From contig JAXHOJ010000018.1 of the NCBI GenBank assembly GCA_034519525.1, positions 48 through 64,047 of the forward strand: 64,000 nt of DNA, read 5' to 3'. Both the position numbers and the translations under genes were made by a program. The notes beneath the pieces are model-generated. The model was not told the DNA's origin. It searched no databases and worked only from the letters and a program-made list of their open reading frames with translations. Source of the DNA: Gemmobacter sp. (GTDB lineage: Bacteria > Pseudomonadota > Alphaproteobacteria > Rhodobacterales > Rhodobacteraceae). Shown here piece after piece: positions 9,528 through 20,132 of the stretch; the first letter of the stretch is position 1, and every line of letters starts with the position of its first letter.

Positions 9528-10856
9528 TCACACTGTCGCGGCCCGCCTGTCGATCACGCGCAATGCCAGAAAAACCGCCAGCAGGCCAAAGACCACACCG
9601 CCAAACGCCTGCCCGATCAGCACGCCCTGCGGCCCTGCCACCTGTGCCCCCCACAGCGCGAAAGGCACGGTGCCCAGCGTATGCCGGCCCCAGTTGACCA
9701 GCGTGGATTGCATCGCCGCCCCCAGATTGTTGCAGGCGGCATTGGCCACGAAGATCAGCGCATTGAAGAAGAACATCAGGCTCAGCGGCCCGCAGAACAG
9801 ATAGACCAGATCCCGCGTCAGCCCCTCGGCCCGGAACAGATCGGCAATCGCGCCGCGCCCCAGAAACAGCAGCGCCGACATGACGGCAATCACCAGCCCG
9901 GCAAACAGGATCGCATCGCGGAAGCCGCGCCGCACCCGGTCCATCCGCCGGGCCCCCAGATTCTGGCCGATGATCGGCCCGATGGCCCCCGACAGCGCAA
10001 AGATCATGCCAAAGGCCACCGGCGTCAGCCGCCCGGCAATCGCCATGCCCGCCACCGCCGCCTCGCCATATCCCGCCACCATCCGCGTCACCACCACTTG
10101 CCCCACCGGCGTGGCCAGCTGCGTCAGGATCGCCGGGCCGGATATGGTGAACAAGGGCCGGGCCGCCGCGATCAGGCTGCGCCCGCTGACCGGGGCAAAG
10201 CCGCCCAGCCGCCGCCAGATCGGCCACAGCCCCATCGCCGCCATCACCAGCCGCGAGGCCCAGCCCGCCATGGCCGCCCCGGTCAGCCCCAGATCGGCCC
10301 AGAGGATCAGCACCGGGTCCAGCGCGGCCAGCGCCACCGCGCCCCAGACCGTCACCATCATCGACTGCCGCGCCGCGCCATGCGCCCGCATGACCGAAGC
10401 CCCCACCATGCCCAGAATCAGCAAGGGCTGGCCCGGGATGCTCAGCTGCAGAAACCACAGGGTTTCCGCAGCCACCCGGCCCTGCGCCCCCAGAAGCCCC
10501 ACGATCTGCGGCAGAAACACCCAGACCAGCGCCGAAAACGCCAGGCTGAAACCGCCGCTCAGCACGATGCCCTCGGTCGCGCGTTGCCGGGCCAGTGCCG
10601 CATCCCGCGCCCCCACCGCCCGGGCCACCAGCGCCGAAACACCCACCGACAGCCCGATGCCAAAGGCCGTGGTGAAGAACAGCACCGCCCCGGCATAGCC
10701 CACCGCCGCCGTCAGCACCGGATCGCCCAGCCAGCTGATATAGACCATGTTGATCAGATCGACGACGAAGATCGCCATCAGCCCGACCGAAGCCGTCAGT
10801 GACATCACCGCCACATGGCGGAACAGATTGCCTTCAACGAATTTCGCCTGTGCCAT
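9528..10856 (-). CDS. MATE-family efflux transporter
   Basis: 442 aa, about 12 TM segments with an internal repeat; LDPVLI and GQNLGA motifs. Confidence 0.9.
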   Translation of the reverse strand: MAQAKFVEGNLFRHVAVMSLTASVGLMAIFVVDLINMVYISWLGDPVLTAAVGYAGAVLFFTTAFGIGLSVGVSALVARAVGARDAALARQRATEGIVLSGGFSLAFSALVWVFLPQIVGLLGAQGRVAAETLWFLQLSIPGQPLLILGMVGASVMRAHGAARQSMMVTVWGAVALAALDPVLILWADLGLTGAAMAGWASRLVMAAMGLWPIWRRLGGFAPVSGRSLIAAARPLFTISGPAILTQLATPVGQVVVTRMVAGYGEAAVAGMAIAGRLTPVAFGMIFALSGAIGPIIGQNLGARRMDRVRRGFRDAILFAGLVIAVMSALLFLGRGAIADLFRAEGLTRDLVYLFCGPLSLMFFFNALIFVANAACNNLGAAMQSTLVNWGRHTLGTVPFALWGAQVAGPQGVLIGQAFGGVVFGLLAVFLALRVIDRRAATV

Positions 10857-10900
10857 TCACCACCCCTGAAACGCAGAAAGGGAAAGGCAGCAGCCCTCCC

Positions 10901-10990
10901 CTTCCCGTTGTCCAAATATCCCGCGGGGGTCCGGGGGCGCGAAGCCCCCGGTCCGCCATCGCAATCCGCGCCGGGGGCTGGCCCCCGGCC
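10901..10990. repeat. Short intergenic repeat (CTTCCCGTTGTCCAAATATCCC plus GC hairpin CCGGGGGC..GCCCCCGG)
   Basis: Related CTT-N7-TCCAAATA cores at 26885-26906 and 45381-45401, and a degenerate reverse copy at 57301-57323. Confidence 0.55.
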
Positions 10991-10995
10991 CGCAG

Positions 10996-12323
10996 TCACA
11001 ACCCGCGCACCACCTGCAAGAGCGGCATCACATCGGCCATTTCCGGCCCATGCGCCTGGCCGGTCAGCGCCTTGCGCAGCGGCATGAACAGGCCCTTGCC
11101 CTTGCGCCCCGTCGCCTCTTTCACCGCCGCCGTCCATTCGCCCCAGGTCGCCTGGGTCCAGGGCTGCGGCGGCAGCAGTGCCAGCGCCTGCGCGATGAAA
11201 TCGCGGTCCTCGTCTTCCACCATCGGTTCGGCGCCGTTCACGAACAGATCCCACCAGCCCGCCAGATCCTCCAGCACGGTGATATTGTCCTTGGCCACCC
11301 GCCAGAAGGCCTCGGCCTTGTCGGCGGGCACGCCCAGCGCCGCGATCCGGTCGGCCACGGCCGTCGAAGGGCAGGCCCTGCACATAGGCGCGGGTCAGCG
11401 GGAACAGGTCTTCGGCATCGAACTTGGTCGGCGCCGTGCCAAAGCTGCCCACGTCAAAGCCTTCGGCCAGCTCGTCCAGATCGGTCATCAGCTCCACCGG
11501 CTTCGATGACCCCAGCCGCGCCATCAGCGACAGCAGCGCCGCCGGGGCCACGCCCCGCGCCCGCAGGTCGCGCAGCGACAGGGTGCCCAGCCGTTTCGAC
11601 AGCTCTTCGCCCTTCGCCCCGGTCAGCAGCGAATGGTGGGCAAAGGCCGGGGGCGTGCCGCCCATGGCCTCCATGATCTGGATCTGGGTGGCGGTATTGG
11701 TCACATGGTCGGCGCCGCGCACGATATGCGTCACCCCCATATCCACATCATCGACCGAGCTGGCAAAGGTATACAGCACCTGGCCATCGGCGCGGATCAG
11801 CACCGGGTCCGATACGCTGGCCGCATCAATCGCTCATCGGCCCGATGATGCCATCGGCCCATTCGATCCGGTTCTGGTCCAGCAGGAACCGCCAGTACCC
11901 CTCGCGCCCCTCGGCCCGTGCCTTCGCGCGGTCTTCTTCCGTCAGGTGCAGCGAGGCGCGGTCATAGACCGGCGGCTTGCCCATGTTCAGCTGTTTCTTG
12001 CGCTTCAGATCCAGCTCGACCGGGCTTTCGAAACATTCGTAGAACCGCCCCGCCGCCTTCAGGTTTTCGGCCTCGGCGCGATAGCGGTCCATCCGCAGCG
12101 ACTGTTTTTCCACCCGGTCCCAGTGCAGGCCCAGCCATTCCAGATCGCGCATGATGCCATCGGCGTATTCCTGCTTGCTGCGCTCCTGATCCGTGTCATC
12201 CAAGCGCAGGATGAACTGGCCGCCGCTTTTGCGGGCGATCAGATAGTTCATCAGCGCGGTGCGCAGGTTGCCGACATGGATATAGCCGGTCGGCGAAGGG
12301 GCAAAGCGGGTAACGGTGGTCAT
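10996..12323 (-). CDS. gltX: Glutamate--tRNA ligase, frameshifts near 11370 and 11835
   Basis: TRFAPSPTGYIHVGN, LRLDDTD, THIVRGADHVTNT, LSKR, LRKALTGQAHGPEM. Confidence 0.93.
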
Positions 12324-12421
12324 CGGGTCATCTCCTGAATCCGGCACCCTTGGCACGGGATGGGCAATTTGTCCATAACGCGCACCTTTCGCAGCCTGCA
12401 TCCCTGCCCTATCTTCGGCGC

Positions 12422-12832
12422 ATGACCCATGCCAGCGCCCAGACCATCGCCCCCGATCTTGCCCTGATGGAACGCCTTGCCCATGAGGCGGTGATGGGCC
12501 TGCCCGAACCCTGGCGCGCCGCCGCCGCCCATGTGCAGCTGCGGATCGAGGATTTCGCGCCGCCAGACATTCTGCAGGCGATGGAAATCGACGATCCGTT
12601 CGAACTGACCGGGCTTTATGAAGGCATCCCGCTGACGGAAAAATCGGTGATGGATCAGCCGGTTGGCCCGGATGTGATCTGGCTGTTCCGCCGCCCGATC
12701 CTGGATGAATGGCTGGATCGCGGCAATGTCTCGCTGGGGGAAATGGTGACGCATGTGATGGTGCATGAACTGGCGCATCACTTCGGCTGGTCGGATGGCG
12801 ATATCGCGGCGATTGATCCCTGGTGGGAATGA
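12422..12832 (+). CDS. Zincin-like metallopeptidase (Zincin_1)
   Basis: LTGLYEGIPL...LFRRPI...VMVHELAHHFG (HExxH). Confidence 0.88.
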   Translation: MTHASAQTIAPDLALMERLAHEAVMGLPEPWRAAAAHVQLRIEDFAPPDILQAMEIDDPFELTGLYEGIPLTEKSVMDQPVGPDVIWLFRRPILDEWLDRGNVSLGEMVTHVMVHELAHHFGWSDGDIAAIDPWWE

Positions 12833-12925
12833 CGGGCGGCGCAACCGGGGCACAATAACGCGCTCGTGATTGGGGATGGGGCGCTGCGGCGCTACCCTTG
12901 CGCAAACAGTCAAGGGAGAGCCTGC

Positions 12926-13849
12926 ATGACCCGCCTGAACCTGACCCGCCGCACCGCGCTGATGGCCGGTGCCACCCTGCCCTTCGCGGCCACCCTGCCC
13001 GCCCCGGCCCGTGCGGCGGCCGAAATGAAAGGCGCGGCCATGCCCGGCTTTCACCGCTTCAAGCTGGGCGAATTCGAGGTGACGACCCTGCTGGTCGGGT
13101 CACGCCCGATGGAAAAACCGCAGGAAACCTTTGGCCTGAACGCCACGCCCGAAGATTTTGCCGCGCTGGCGCAGGCGAATTTCCTGCCTGCCGACATGTC
13201 GCAGAACTTCTTCACCCCGACACTGGTGAACACCGGGGCGGAACTGGTGCTGTTCGACACCGGGCTGGCGCCCGAGGCGATCACCGGCGCGCTGGCCGCG
13301 GCGGGCTATACCCCCGATCAGGTGGATGTGGTGGTGCTGACGCATATGCACGGCGATCACATCGGCGGGCTGTCGAGCGAGGCGGGCGCCACCTTCGCAA
13401 ATGCGCGCTATGTCACGGGCAGCATTGAACATAATCACTGGGCCGCCGCCGGAAACGAGGGCTTTGACGCCAAGGTGAAACCGCTGTCCGACAGGATGAC
13501 CATGCTGGAGGATGGCGGCTCGGTCGCCAGCGGCATCACCGCGCTGGCGGCCTTTGGCCACAGCCCCGGCCATATGGCCTATCATCTGGAAAGCGGCGGC
13601 AAGCGGCTGGCGATCACGGCGGATACCGTCAACCACTATGTCTTTTCGATGCAGCGCCCGGATTGGGAGGTGCGGTTCGACATGGACAAGGCGATGGGCG
13701 CGGAAACCCGCAAGAAGATGCTGGGCATGATCGCGGCGGATCGCATCCCGTTCATCGGCTATCACATGCCCTTCCCGGCGGTGGGCTTTGTCGAGGCGCA
13801 GGGCGAAGGTTTCCGTTTCGTGCCCGCAAGTTACCAGCTGATGCTGTAA
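12926..13849 (+). CDS. Tat-exported MBL-fold metallo-hydrolase
   Basis: TRRTALM twin-Arg signal; THMHGDHIGG; GHSPGH; GYHMPFP. Confidence 0.9.
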   Translation: MTRLNLTRRTALMAGATLPFAATLPAPARAAAEMKGAAMPGFHRFKLGEFEVTTLLVGSRPMEKPQETFGLNATPEDFAALAQANFLPADMSQNFFTPTLVNTGAELVLFDTGLAPEAITGALAAAGYTPDQVDVVVLTHMHGDHIGGLSSEAGATFANARYVTGSIEHNHWAAAGNEGFDAKVKPLSDRMTMLEDGGSVASGITALAAFGHSPGHMAYHLESGGKRLAITADTVNHYVFSMQRPDWEVRFDMDKAMGAETRKKMLGMIAADRIPFIGYHMPFPAVGFVEAQGEGFRFVPASYQLML

Positions 13850-13855
13850 GCGGAA

Positions 13856-13920
13856 GGGGGCGGGTTTCCCCGCCCCCAAATTCCTTCGAAGGAATTTGCA
13901 AAAGTTTTCGAAAACTTTTG
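13856..13920. repeat. GC hairpin followed by two adjacent perfect 22-bp palindromes, between convergent genes
   Basis: GGGGGCGGG-TTTC-CCCGCCCCC; CAAATTCCTTCGAAGGAATTTG (13877-13898); CAAAAGTTTTCGAAAACTTTTG (13899-13920). Confidence 0.8.
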
Positions 13921-13931
13921 CGGCGCCCCGC

Positions 13932-14528
13932 TCAGGCCGAAATCCTGGCGGCCATTTCGACCAGACGTTTGGCCTGATGGCCGATGGCGGCCTTTTCGTT
14001 CTCGCCGAATTCCTTGCCCTGGGTATGGCTGTAACCATAGGGGTTGCCGCCGGTGGCGAAGATCGAGGCATCGGTGAATCCGGGCGCCACGATGACCGAA
14101 CCCCAGTGCATGAAAGTGGTGTAAAGGCCCAGAATTGTTGCCTCTTGCCCGCCATGGACGTTCTGCGCCGAAGACATGGCCGTGACGGCCTTGTTGGCCA
14201 GCTTGCCCTGGAACCACACCCCGCCCAGCGTATCAATGAAGGCGCGCATCTGCGAGGCGACCTGGCCAAAACGGGTGGGCGCCGAGAACAAATAGGCATT
14301 CGCCCATTCCATATCCTCGGGCGTGGCGACCGGGATTTCCTTTGTTTTCTCGACAGTTGCCTTCCAGCCATCCTGGCTGTTCACCGCCGCTTCCGGCGCG
14401 GTTTCAGCCACGCGCAGCAGCCGCACTTCGGCACCGGCGGCGCGGGCGGCTTCGGCGGCGATCGAGGCCATTTCGAAATTGGTGGCATAGGTCGAGTAGA
14501 AAATGACGGCGAGTTTGACGGCGGACAT
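13932..14528 (-). CDS. wrbA: NAD(P)H:quinone oxidoreductase WrbA
   Basis: Flavodoxin fold: [26 protein letters not shown]. Confidence 0.9.
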   Translation of the reverse strand: MSAVKLAVIFYSTYATNFEMASIAAEAARAAGAEVRLLRVAETAPEAAVNSQDGWKATVEKTKEIPVATPEDMEWANAYLFSAPTRFGQVASQMRAFIDTLGGVWFQGKLANKAVTAMSSAQNVHGGQEATILGLYTTFMHWGSVIVAPGFTDASIFATGGNPYGYSHTQGKEFGENEKAAIGHQAKRLVEMAARISA

Positions 14529-14706
14529 GTGCGGTTTCCCTGCTGCGGTGGTTTCGGTTGGCTGAGGGAAAGGTAGGGTCTGCGCGGCCTTGTTGCCACT
14601 CTGTATCTTTGCGGGTTCATTGTGCGGCAGCGCAGGACAGCCCATCTGGCCGATGTCCGGCCTGCGTCCCGCAGCTGTATGGCCTGCGTCCCGACAGCCG
14701 CCCGCC

Positions 14707-15027
14707 CTAGCCGCGCGGGGCGAACAGGATGACGGCGGTGCCCGCCAGCGCCAGAGTGGCGCCCAGCAGATCGAAGCGATCCGGCCGCGCGCCCTCCATC
14801 CCCCACATCCAGAGCAGGCTGGCGGCGATATAGATCCCGCCATAGGCGGCATAGCTGCGCCCTGCCACCTCGGGCGGGGTCAGCGCCAGAAACCAGGCAA
14901 AGGCGCCCAGCGCCAGGGCGCCGGGCAGCAGCCAGAGCGCCGAAGCACCGGCGCGCCACCACATCCACACCGCATAGCAGCCGCCGATTTCGGCCAGCGC
15001 CGCCAGAAGGTAGAAGCCCGCCGTCAA
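14707..15027 (-). CDS. YnfA/UPF0060 membrane protein
   Basis: [11 protein letters not shown]...[12 protein letters not shown]...PDRFD. Confidence 0.9.
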   Translation of the reverse strand: MTAGFYLLAALAEIGGCYAVWMWWRAGASALWLLPGALALGAFAWFLALTPPEVAGRSYAAYGGIYIAASLLWMWGMEGARPDRFDLLGATLALAGTAVILFAPRG

Positions 15028-16692
15028 GACGGGTCGCGGAAGCGGTTGGCAATGGGATAGCGGCGGTCCAGCCAGAAGGCGCGCGGGGTCAGCCGCGTGC
15101 CGGGGGCGGACTGGAAGCGTTTATATTCGCTGATGTAGAGCAGGTGCTCGACCTTCTTGACCGTCGGCGCGATCAAACCCCCGCGCCACCAGATCGGCCA
15201 CCGAAGGTCCTCGCTCCGACCAGACCTTCGAGGATGGCATCCAGCACCTCATAGGGCGGCAGGCTGTCCTCGTCCTTCTGATCGGGGCGCAGTTCGGCGG
15301 AGGGCGGCTTGTCGATGACGCGCGGCGGGATCACCTCGCCCGCAGGCCCCTTCATCCAGGGGCGGTGGTTTTCGTTGCGCCAGCGGCAGGTTTCGAACAC
15401 GCGGGTTTTATACATGTCCTTGATGGGATTGTAGCCGCCGTTCATGTCGCCATAGATCGTGCAATAGCCCACGGCCACTTCGGATTTGTTGCCGGTGGTC
15501 AGCAGCATGGCCCCGAACTTGTTCGACAGGGCCATGAGCATCAGGCCACGCAGACGGCTTTGGATGTTTTCCTCGGTCAGATCGGGGGCTCGGTGCCTGC
15601 GAACAGCGGCGCCAGCGCCTCGGTCACGGCGGCCTGCGGGCCGGAAATCGGCACGGTATCCAGACGGCAGCCCAGAAGCCGCGCCGCTTCGCCCGCATCT
15701 TCCAGCGAGTGCTCCGAGGTGAAGTCCGACGGCAGCATCACGCAATGCACGTTTTCCGGCCCCAGAGCATCGGCGGCAATGGCGGCGACCAGCGCCGAAT
15801 CGATGCCGCCCGACAGGCCCAGCAGGCGACCTTCGTGAACCCGGTTTTGGCCATGTAATCGCGCCGTGCCGGTGACGCATGGCGCGATAATCCGCCTCCC
15901 AGATCTTCGGGATGGGTTCCATCATGCCCGGTTCAGCCCGCCAGCCTGCGGCGGTGCGGGTGAAATCGACATGGGTGATACGGCCTCGTCGAACTGCGGC
16001 ATCTGCACCGCCAGCTGCCCACCGGGGTTGAGCACCAGCGATGAGCCGTCAAACACCTGATCGTCCTGCCCGCCCACCATGTTCAGATAGACCAGCGGCA
16101 GGCCGGTTTCGACCACGCGCGACACCATCAGGTTCAGCCGCACATCCGGCTTGCCCCGGTGATAGGGCGAGCCATTGGGCACCAGCAGGATTTCGGCGCC
16201 GGTTTCGGCCAGGGTTTCGGCCACATCCGTGTGCCAGGCATCTTCGCAGATCGGGGTGCCGATGCGCAGCGGGCCGACGACATAGGGGCCGTTCACCTCG
16301 GCTGCGGTGAAGATGCGTTTTTCGTCGAAGACTTCGGCATTGGGCAGATGGTGTTTCAGCACCGTGGCGGTGATCGCCCCGCCCTGCAGGATGTAATAGG
16401 CATTGTGCAGCCGGGTGCCCATCAGCGCCGGGCCGCCGATGCCGATGGCCGGGCCATCGGCGCAATCGGCGGCCAGTTGCCGGATGGCGGCAATGGCTTC
16501 GGCCACGAAGACGGGTTTCAGGATCAGATCCTGCGTCTGATAGCCGGTGATGAACATTTCCGTCAGCGCCAGCATGTCGGCGCCTGCGGCCTTTGCCTGA
16601 TCCCAGGCGGTGCGGGCCAGGGCCGCGTTGGCCGCCAGCGCGCCGGTGGTGGGGTTCAGCTGCGCAAGCGTCAGGCGGAAACGGTCTGCCAT
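15024..16692 (-). CDS. nadE: Glutamine-dependent NAD+ synthetase, several frameshifts
   Basis: N-terminal nitrilase domain (LAQLNP, ICEDAW, NMVGGQD), [47 protein letters not shown]. Confidence 0.92.
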
Positions 16693-16795
16693 GGGCGGGC
16701 TCTCCAGTGGCTGCGGGAGCGGCCTCCCAAGGAATTTCCTTGCTTTCTAGCAGACTGGCGGCCAAGGAAAAGAGCGGGTGAGACGGGAGGCCGGA

Positions 16796-18316
16796 ATGTG
16801 CAGCGTCAAAAACGGGTCGGTGATCGGGGCAGCGGCACTGCTGCTGGTCTGGGCGGCACCGGGCATATCGCAGGATGGGGCGGGCGAGGTTGTCACCAAG
16901 CAGTATGACGACGGCTCTATCTACGAAGGCACGTTCAAGGACGGGGTGCAGCATGGCACCGGCACCTATCAGCTGCCCTCGGGCTATCAATATTCCGGCA
17001 CCTGGGTCGAGGGCGAGATTCGCGGCACCGGGGTGGCGCGCTATCCCAATGGTTCGGTCTATGAGGGCGATTTTCTGGGCGGCAAGCCCTGGGGGCGCGG
17101 CAAGATCACCTATGCCGATGGCGGCAGCTATGAGGGGGACTGGACCGAGGGCAAGATCACCGGAACGGGTGTGGCGATCTATGCCGATGGATCGGTGTAT
17201 GAGGGGCATTTCGAAGAGGCGATGCACCATGGGCAGGGCAAGCTGACCTCGCCGGGGGGCACGGTTTACGAGGGGGGCTGGGCCAAGGGCCTGCGCGAGG
17301 GCAGCGGGACGCTGACCTATCCGGATGGCACGGTGTATACCGGGGGCATGGTGGCCGGGCTGCGGGCGGGCAAGGGCAAGCTGACCATGCCGGACGGGCT
17401 GATCTATGAGGGCGACTGGGCGGCGGGGCAGATCAACGGCACCGGCAGGCTGACGCAGCCGAATGGCGATGTGTATGAGGGTGCCTTTGCCGAGGGGCGG
17501 CGCGCGGGCAAGGGCCGGATGGCCTATAAATCCGGCGCGGTCTACGAGGGTGATTTCAAGGACGATCTGCGCGATGGGCAGGGCAGCTATCAGGCGCCGG
17601 GGGGCTACAGCTATACCGGGGGCTGGATCGCCGGGCGGATGGCGGGCAGCGGGCGGCTGACCTATGCCGATGGATCGGTGTATGAGGGCGCGCTGCGCGA
17701 CGACCTGCCCGAGGGACGCGGCAAGATCACCCATGCCGATGGCAGCAGCTATGAGGGCGATTGGGCCAAGGGCCGGATCGCGGGCAAGGGGCAGGCGCGC
17801 TATGCCGATGGGGCGGTGTATGACGGGCAGTTTGCCGATGGCGTGGCCGAGGGGCGTGGGGTTCTGACGCGGGCGGACGGGTTCCGCTATGACGGCGACT
17901 GGGTGAAGGGCCGCCGCACCGGCAAGGCCGTGGCGCAATACCCGGATGGATCGGTTTACACCGGCGATTTTGTCGACGGGCAGCGGCAGGGCAGCGGCGA
18001 GATCGTGATGACCGATGGCTTCCGCTACACCGGCAGCTGGCAGAAGGGCGAGATGACCGGACAGGGGATTGCCACCTATGGCAATGGCGATGTGTATGAG
18101 GGGGCCTTTGTCGCGGGCAAGCGTCAGGGGCAAGGTGTGCTGACCTACAAGAACGGCCAGATCAGCGCCGGGATCTGGGAGAACGGCATCCTGACAGCCC
18201 CGCTGCCCCCGGCAGAGCCGGAGGCCGCCGCCGCGCAAGAGCCTGCCGCCGATGGGGCGGCGCCCGTTGCCCCGGCCGATGGGGCGGCGGCGCCTGCGAC
18301 CGAAGGCGGCAACTGA
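16796..18316 (+). CDS. Secreted MORN-repeat protein
   Basis: Signal peptide and about 19 tandem 23-aa repeats (Y-E-G-x-F/W...G-x-G-x-x-x-Y-x-D-G). Confidence 0.92.
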   Translation: MCSVKNGSVIGAAALLLVWAAPGISQDGAGEVVTKQYDDGSIYEGTFKDGVQHGTGTYQLPSGYQYSGTWVEGEIRGTGVARYPNGSVYEGDFLGGKPWGRGKITYADGGSYEGDWTEGKITGTGVAIYADGSVYEGHFEEAMHHGQGKLTSPGGTVYEGGWAKGLREGSGTLTYPDGTVYTGGMVAGLRAGKGKLTMPDGLIYEGDWAAGQINGTGRLTQPNGDVYEGAFAEGRRAGKGRMAYKSGAVYEGDFKDDLRDGQGSYQAPGGYSYTGGWIAGRMAGSGRLTYADGSVYEGALRDDLPEGRGKITHADGSSYEGDWAKGRIAGKGQARYADGAVYDGQFADGVAEGRGVLTRADGFRYDGDWVKGRRTGKAVAQYPDGSVYTGDFVDGQRQGSGEIVMTDGFRYTGSWQKGEMTGQGIATYGNGDVYEGAFVAGKRQGQGVLTYKNGQISAGIWENGILTAPLPPAEPEAAAAQEPAADGAAPVAPADGAAAPATEGGN

Positions 18317-18418
18317 TCCGGCGCGGGCGGGGCATGCCCTGAGGGGGCGGGTTTTCGGGGACGGGTTTTCCTGCGCGGCGATCTGCGCTAAAGCGCCGCC
18401 TTCGCCAGAGGAAGCCCC

Positions 18419-19492
18419 GTGATGACCTGCGCCCCGCCCCGCGCCCCCCACAGACCTGCCGCCCTGACCACGGTTGACCAGCTGCTGGCCGAGGGGCTGG
18501 CCGATCCGGCAGATGGCCCGGGGCTGCAGGCGGTGGCGGAAACCTTTCGCATCCGCCTGACGCCAGAGATGCGGGCCGTGGCCGAAGCGCCGGGGGTGGC
18601 CGCGCAATTCGTACCCACGCTGGCCGAAGCGGTGATCCGCCCCGAAGAACTGGCCGATCCGATCGGGGATCATGCCTTCAGCCCGGCGCCGGGGCTGACG
18701 CATCGCTATCCCGACAGGGTCATTCTGGCGGCGACGCAGACCTGCGAGGTGTATTGCCGGTTCTGCTTCCGGCGGGAAACCGTGGGCAGCGATGGGGCGC
18801 TTTCTGCGCCCGAGCTGGATCTGGCGCTGGACCATATCCGCCGCCATCCGGCCATCTGGGAGGTGATCCTGACCGGGGGCGACCCGCTGTCGCTGTCACC
18901 GCGGCGGGTGGCGGCGCTGCTCGCACGGCTGGCCGAGATCGACCATGTGCAGGTCATCCGCTTTCACACCCGGGTGCCGGTGGTGGCGCCTGAACGGATC
19001 AGCGAGGATCTGCTGGCCGCGTTTGACATCCGGCCCGCCGTGCATCTGGTGCTGCATACCAACCACCCCGACGAGCTGACCCCGGCGGCCTGTGCGGCGC
19101 TGCGGCGGCTAAACCGGTCGGGGGTGCCGCTGCTGTCGCAGACCGTGCTGCTGAAGGGGGTCAATGCCGAGGCGGCGGTGCTGGAACGGCTGTTCCGTGC
19201 GCTGGTGCAGAACCGGGTGAAGCCCTATTACCTGCATCATTGCGATCTGGCGAAGGGCACCAGCCATTTCCGCACCACGATTGCCGAGGGGCAGGCGATC
19301 ATGGCGCAGCTGCGCGGGCGGCTTTCCGGCATGTGCCTGCCGACCTATGTGCTGGATATTCCGGGTGGGGCGGGCAAGGTGCCGATCGGGCCGGGCTATC
19401 TGGTGCCCGGCGAAGGCCCCGGCCAGCATCGGGTGACCGACTGGCAGGGGCGCGTGCATGACTATGATGATCCGCAGCCCGCGGATCAGTGA
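18419..19492 (+). CDS. KamA/EpmB-family radical SAM lysine 2,3-aminomutase-like protein
   Basis: HRYPDR, CEVYCRFCFRR (CxxxCxxC), EVILTGGDPL, QTVLLKGVN, PYYLHHCD, YVLDIPGGAGK. Confidence 0.9.
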   Translation: MMTCAPPRAPHRPAALTTVDQLLAEGLADPADGPGLQAVAETFRIRLTPEMRAVAEAPGVAAQFVPTLAEAVIRPEELADPIGDHAFSPAPGLTHRYPDRVILAATQTCEVYCRFCFRRETVGSDGALSAPELDLALDHIRRHPAIWEVILTGGDPLSLSPRRVAALLARLAEIDHVQVIRFHTRVPVVAPERISEDLLAAFDIRPAVHLVLHTNHPDELTPAACAALRRLNRSGVPLLSQTVLLKGVNAEAAVLERLFRALVQNRVKPYYLHHCDLAKGTSHFRTTIAEGQAIMAQLRGRLSGMCLPTYVLDIPGGAGKVPIGPGYLVPGEGPGQHRVTDWQGRVHDYDDPQPADQ

Positions 19493-19521
19493 TGGCGGAT
19501 CAGTGATGGCGGATCAGTGAT
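19481..19521. repeat. 14-bp tandem repeat x3 (GCGGATCAGTGATG) over two convergent stop codons
   Basis: gcggatcagtgatg gcggatcagtgatg gcggatcagtgat. Confidence 0.85.
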
Positions 19522-19978
19522 TGGAGTGATCGGCGCCGCCGGGCGGATCTATCATGAATTCGATCTGCACCCGGCCCGCCTTTTCGAAGACCAGCGTGGC
19601 GGGCACCATCTGCCCTTCGGTGAAGGCGCCGGTCAGGCCCATCAGCATGATGTGAAAGCCGCCCGGTTCCAGCACGGCGGCATCGCCTGCGGGAATCGGC
19701 AGCCGGTCGATATGCGTCATGGTGGCGACGCCCTGCGCATCAGTGGCGCTTTCATGCAGCATGGCCTTCTGCGCGGCAGGGGTTTCGATGGCGATCAGCG
19801 CATCGGCCTCGGTGCCATCATTGGCGATGACCATATAGCCCGCCGCCGATCTGGCGGTGGCGCCCGGCTGGGGGATATTGGCATGGATGATCTGCAGATC
19901 GCCCACGGCGGTTTCATGGGCGAACACCGGACCGGCAAAAGCCATGAACAGCGTGAGGATAACGAGGCTGGTTTTCAT
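19514..19978 (-). CDS. Periplasmic copper chaperone PCu(A)C
   Basis: Signal peptide, AAGYMVIAN, LHES...M...LEPGGFHIMLMGL (HxnMx22HxM-like motif). Confidence 0.9.
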   Translation of the reverse strand: MKTSLVILTLFMAFAGPVFAHETAVGDLQIIHANIPQPGATARSAAGYMVIANDGTEADALIAIETPAAQKAMLHESATDAQGVATMTHIDRLPIPAGDAAVLEPGGFHIMLMGLTGAFTEGQMVPATLVFEKAGRVQIEFMIDPPGGADHSNH

Positions 19979-20132
19979 CTGGAAAATCCTTGAAGGCGCA
20001 TAATCGGGAAAGGCCCCTTCGGCCTTGGGATGCCGAAGGGGCAGTGAGGGGGGCACCAACGGGAGCATGGGCCGCCCTGCCCGGGAAGCGCGCGGTCTTG
20101 GGAAGCCTCCCGTCACACGCCCCGGGGGATGT

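Noticed and set aside
16796-18316. DNA-level repeat array or novel repeat system
   Set aside because: The 69-bp periodicity is fully explained by ordinary MORN protein repeats
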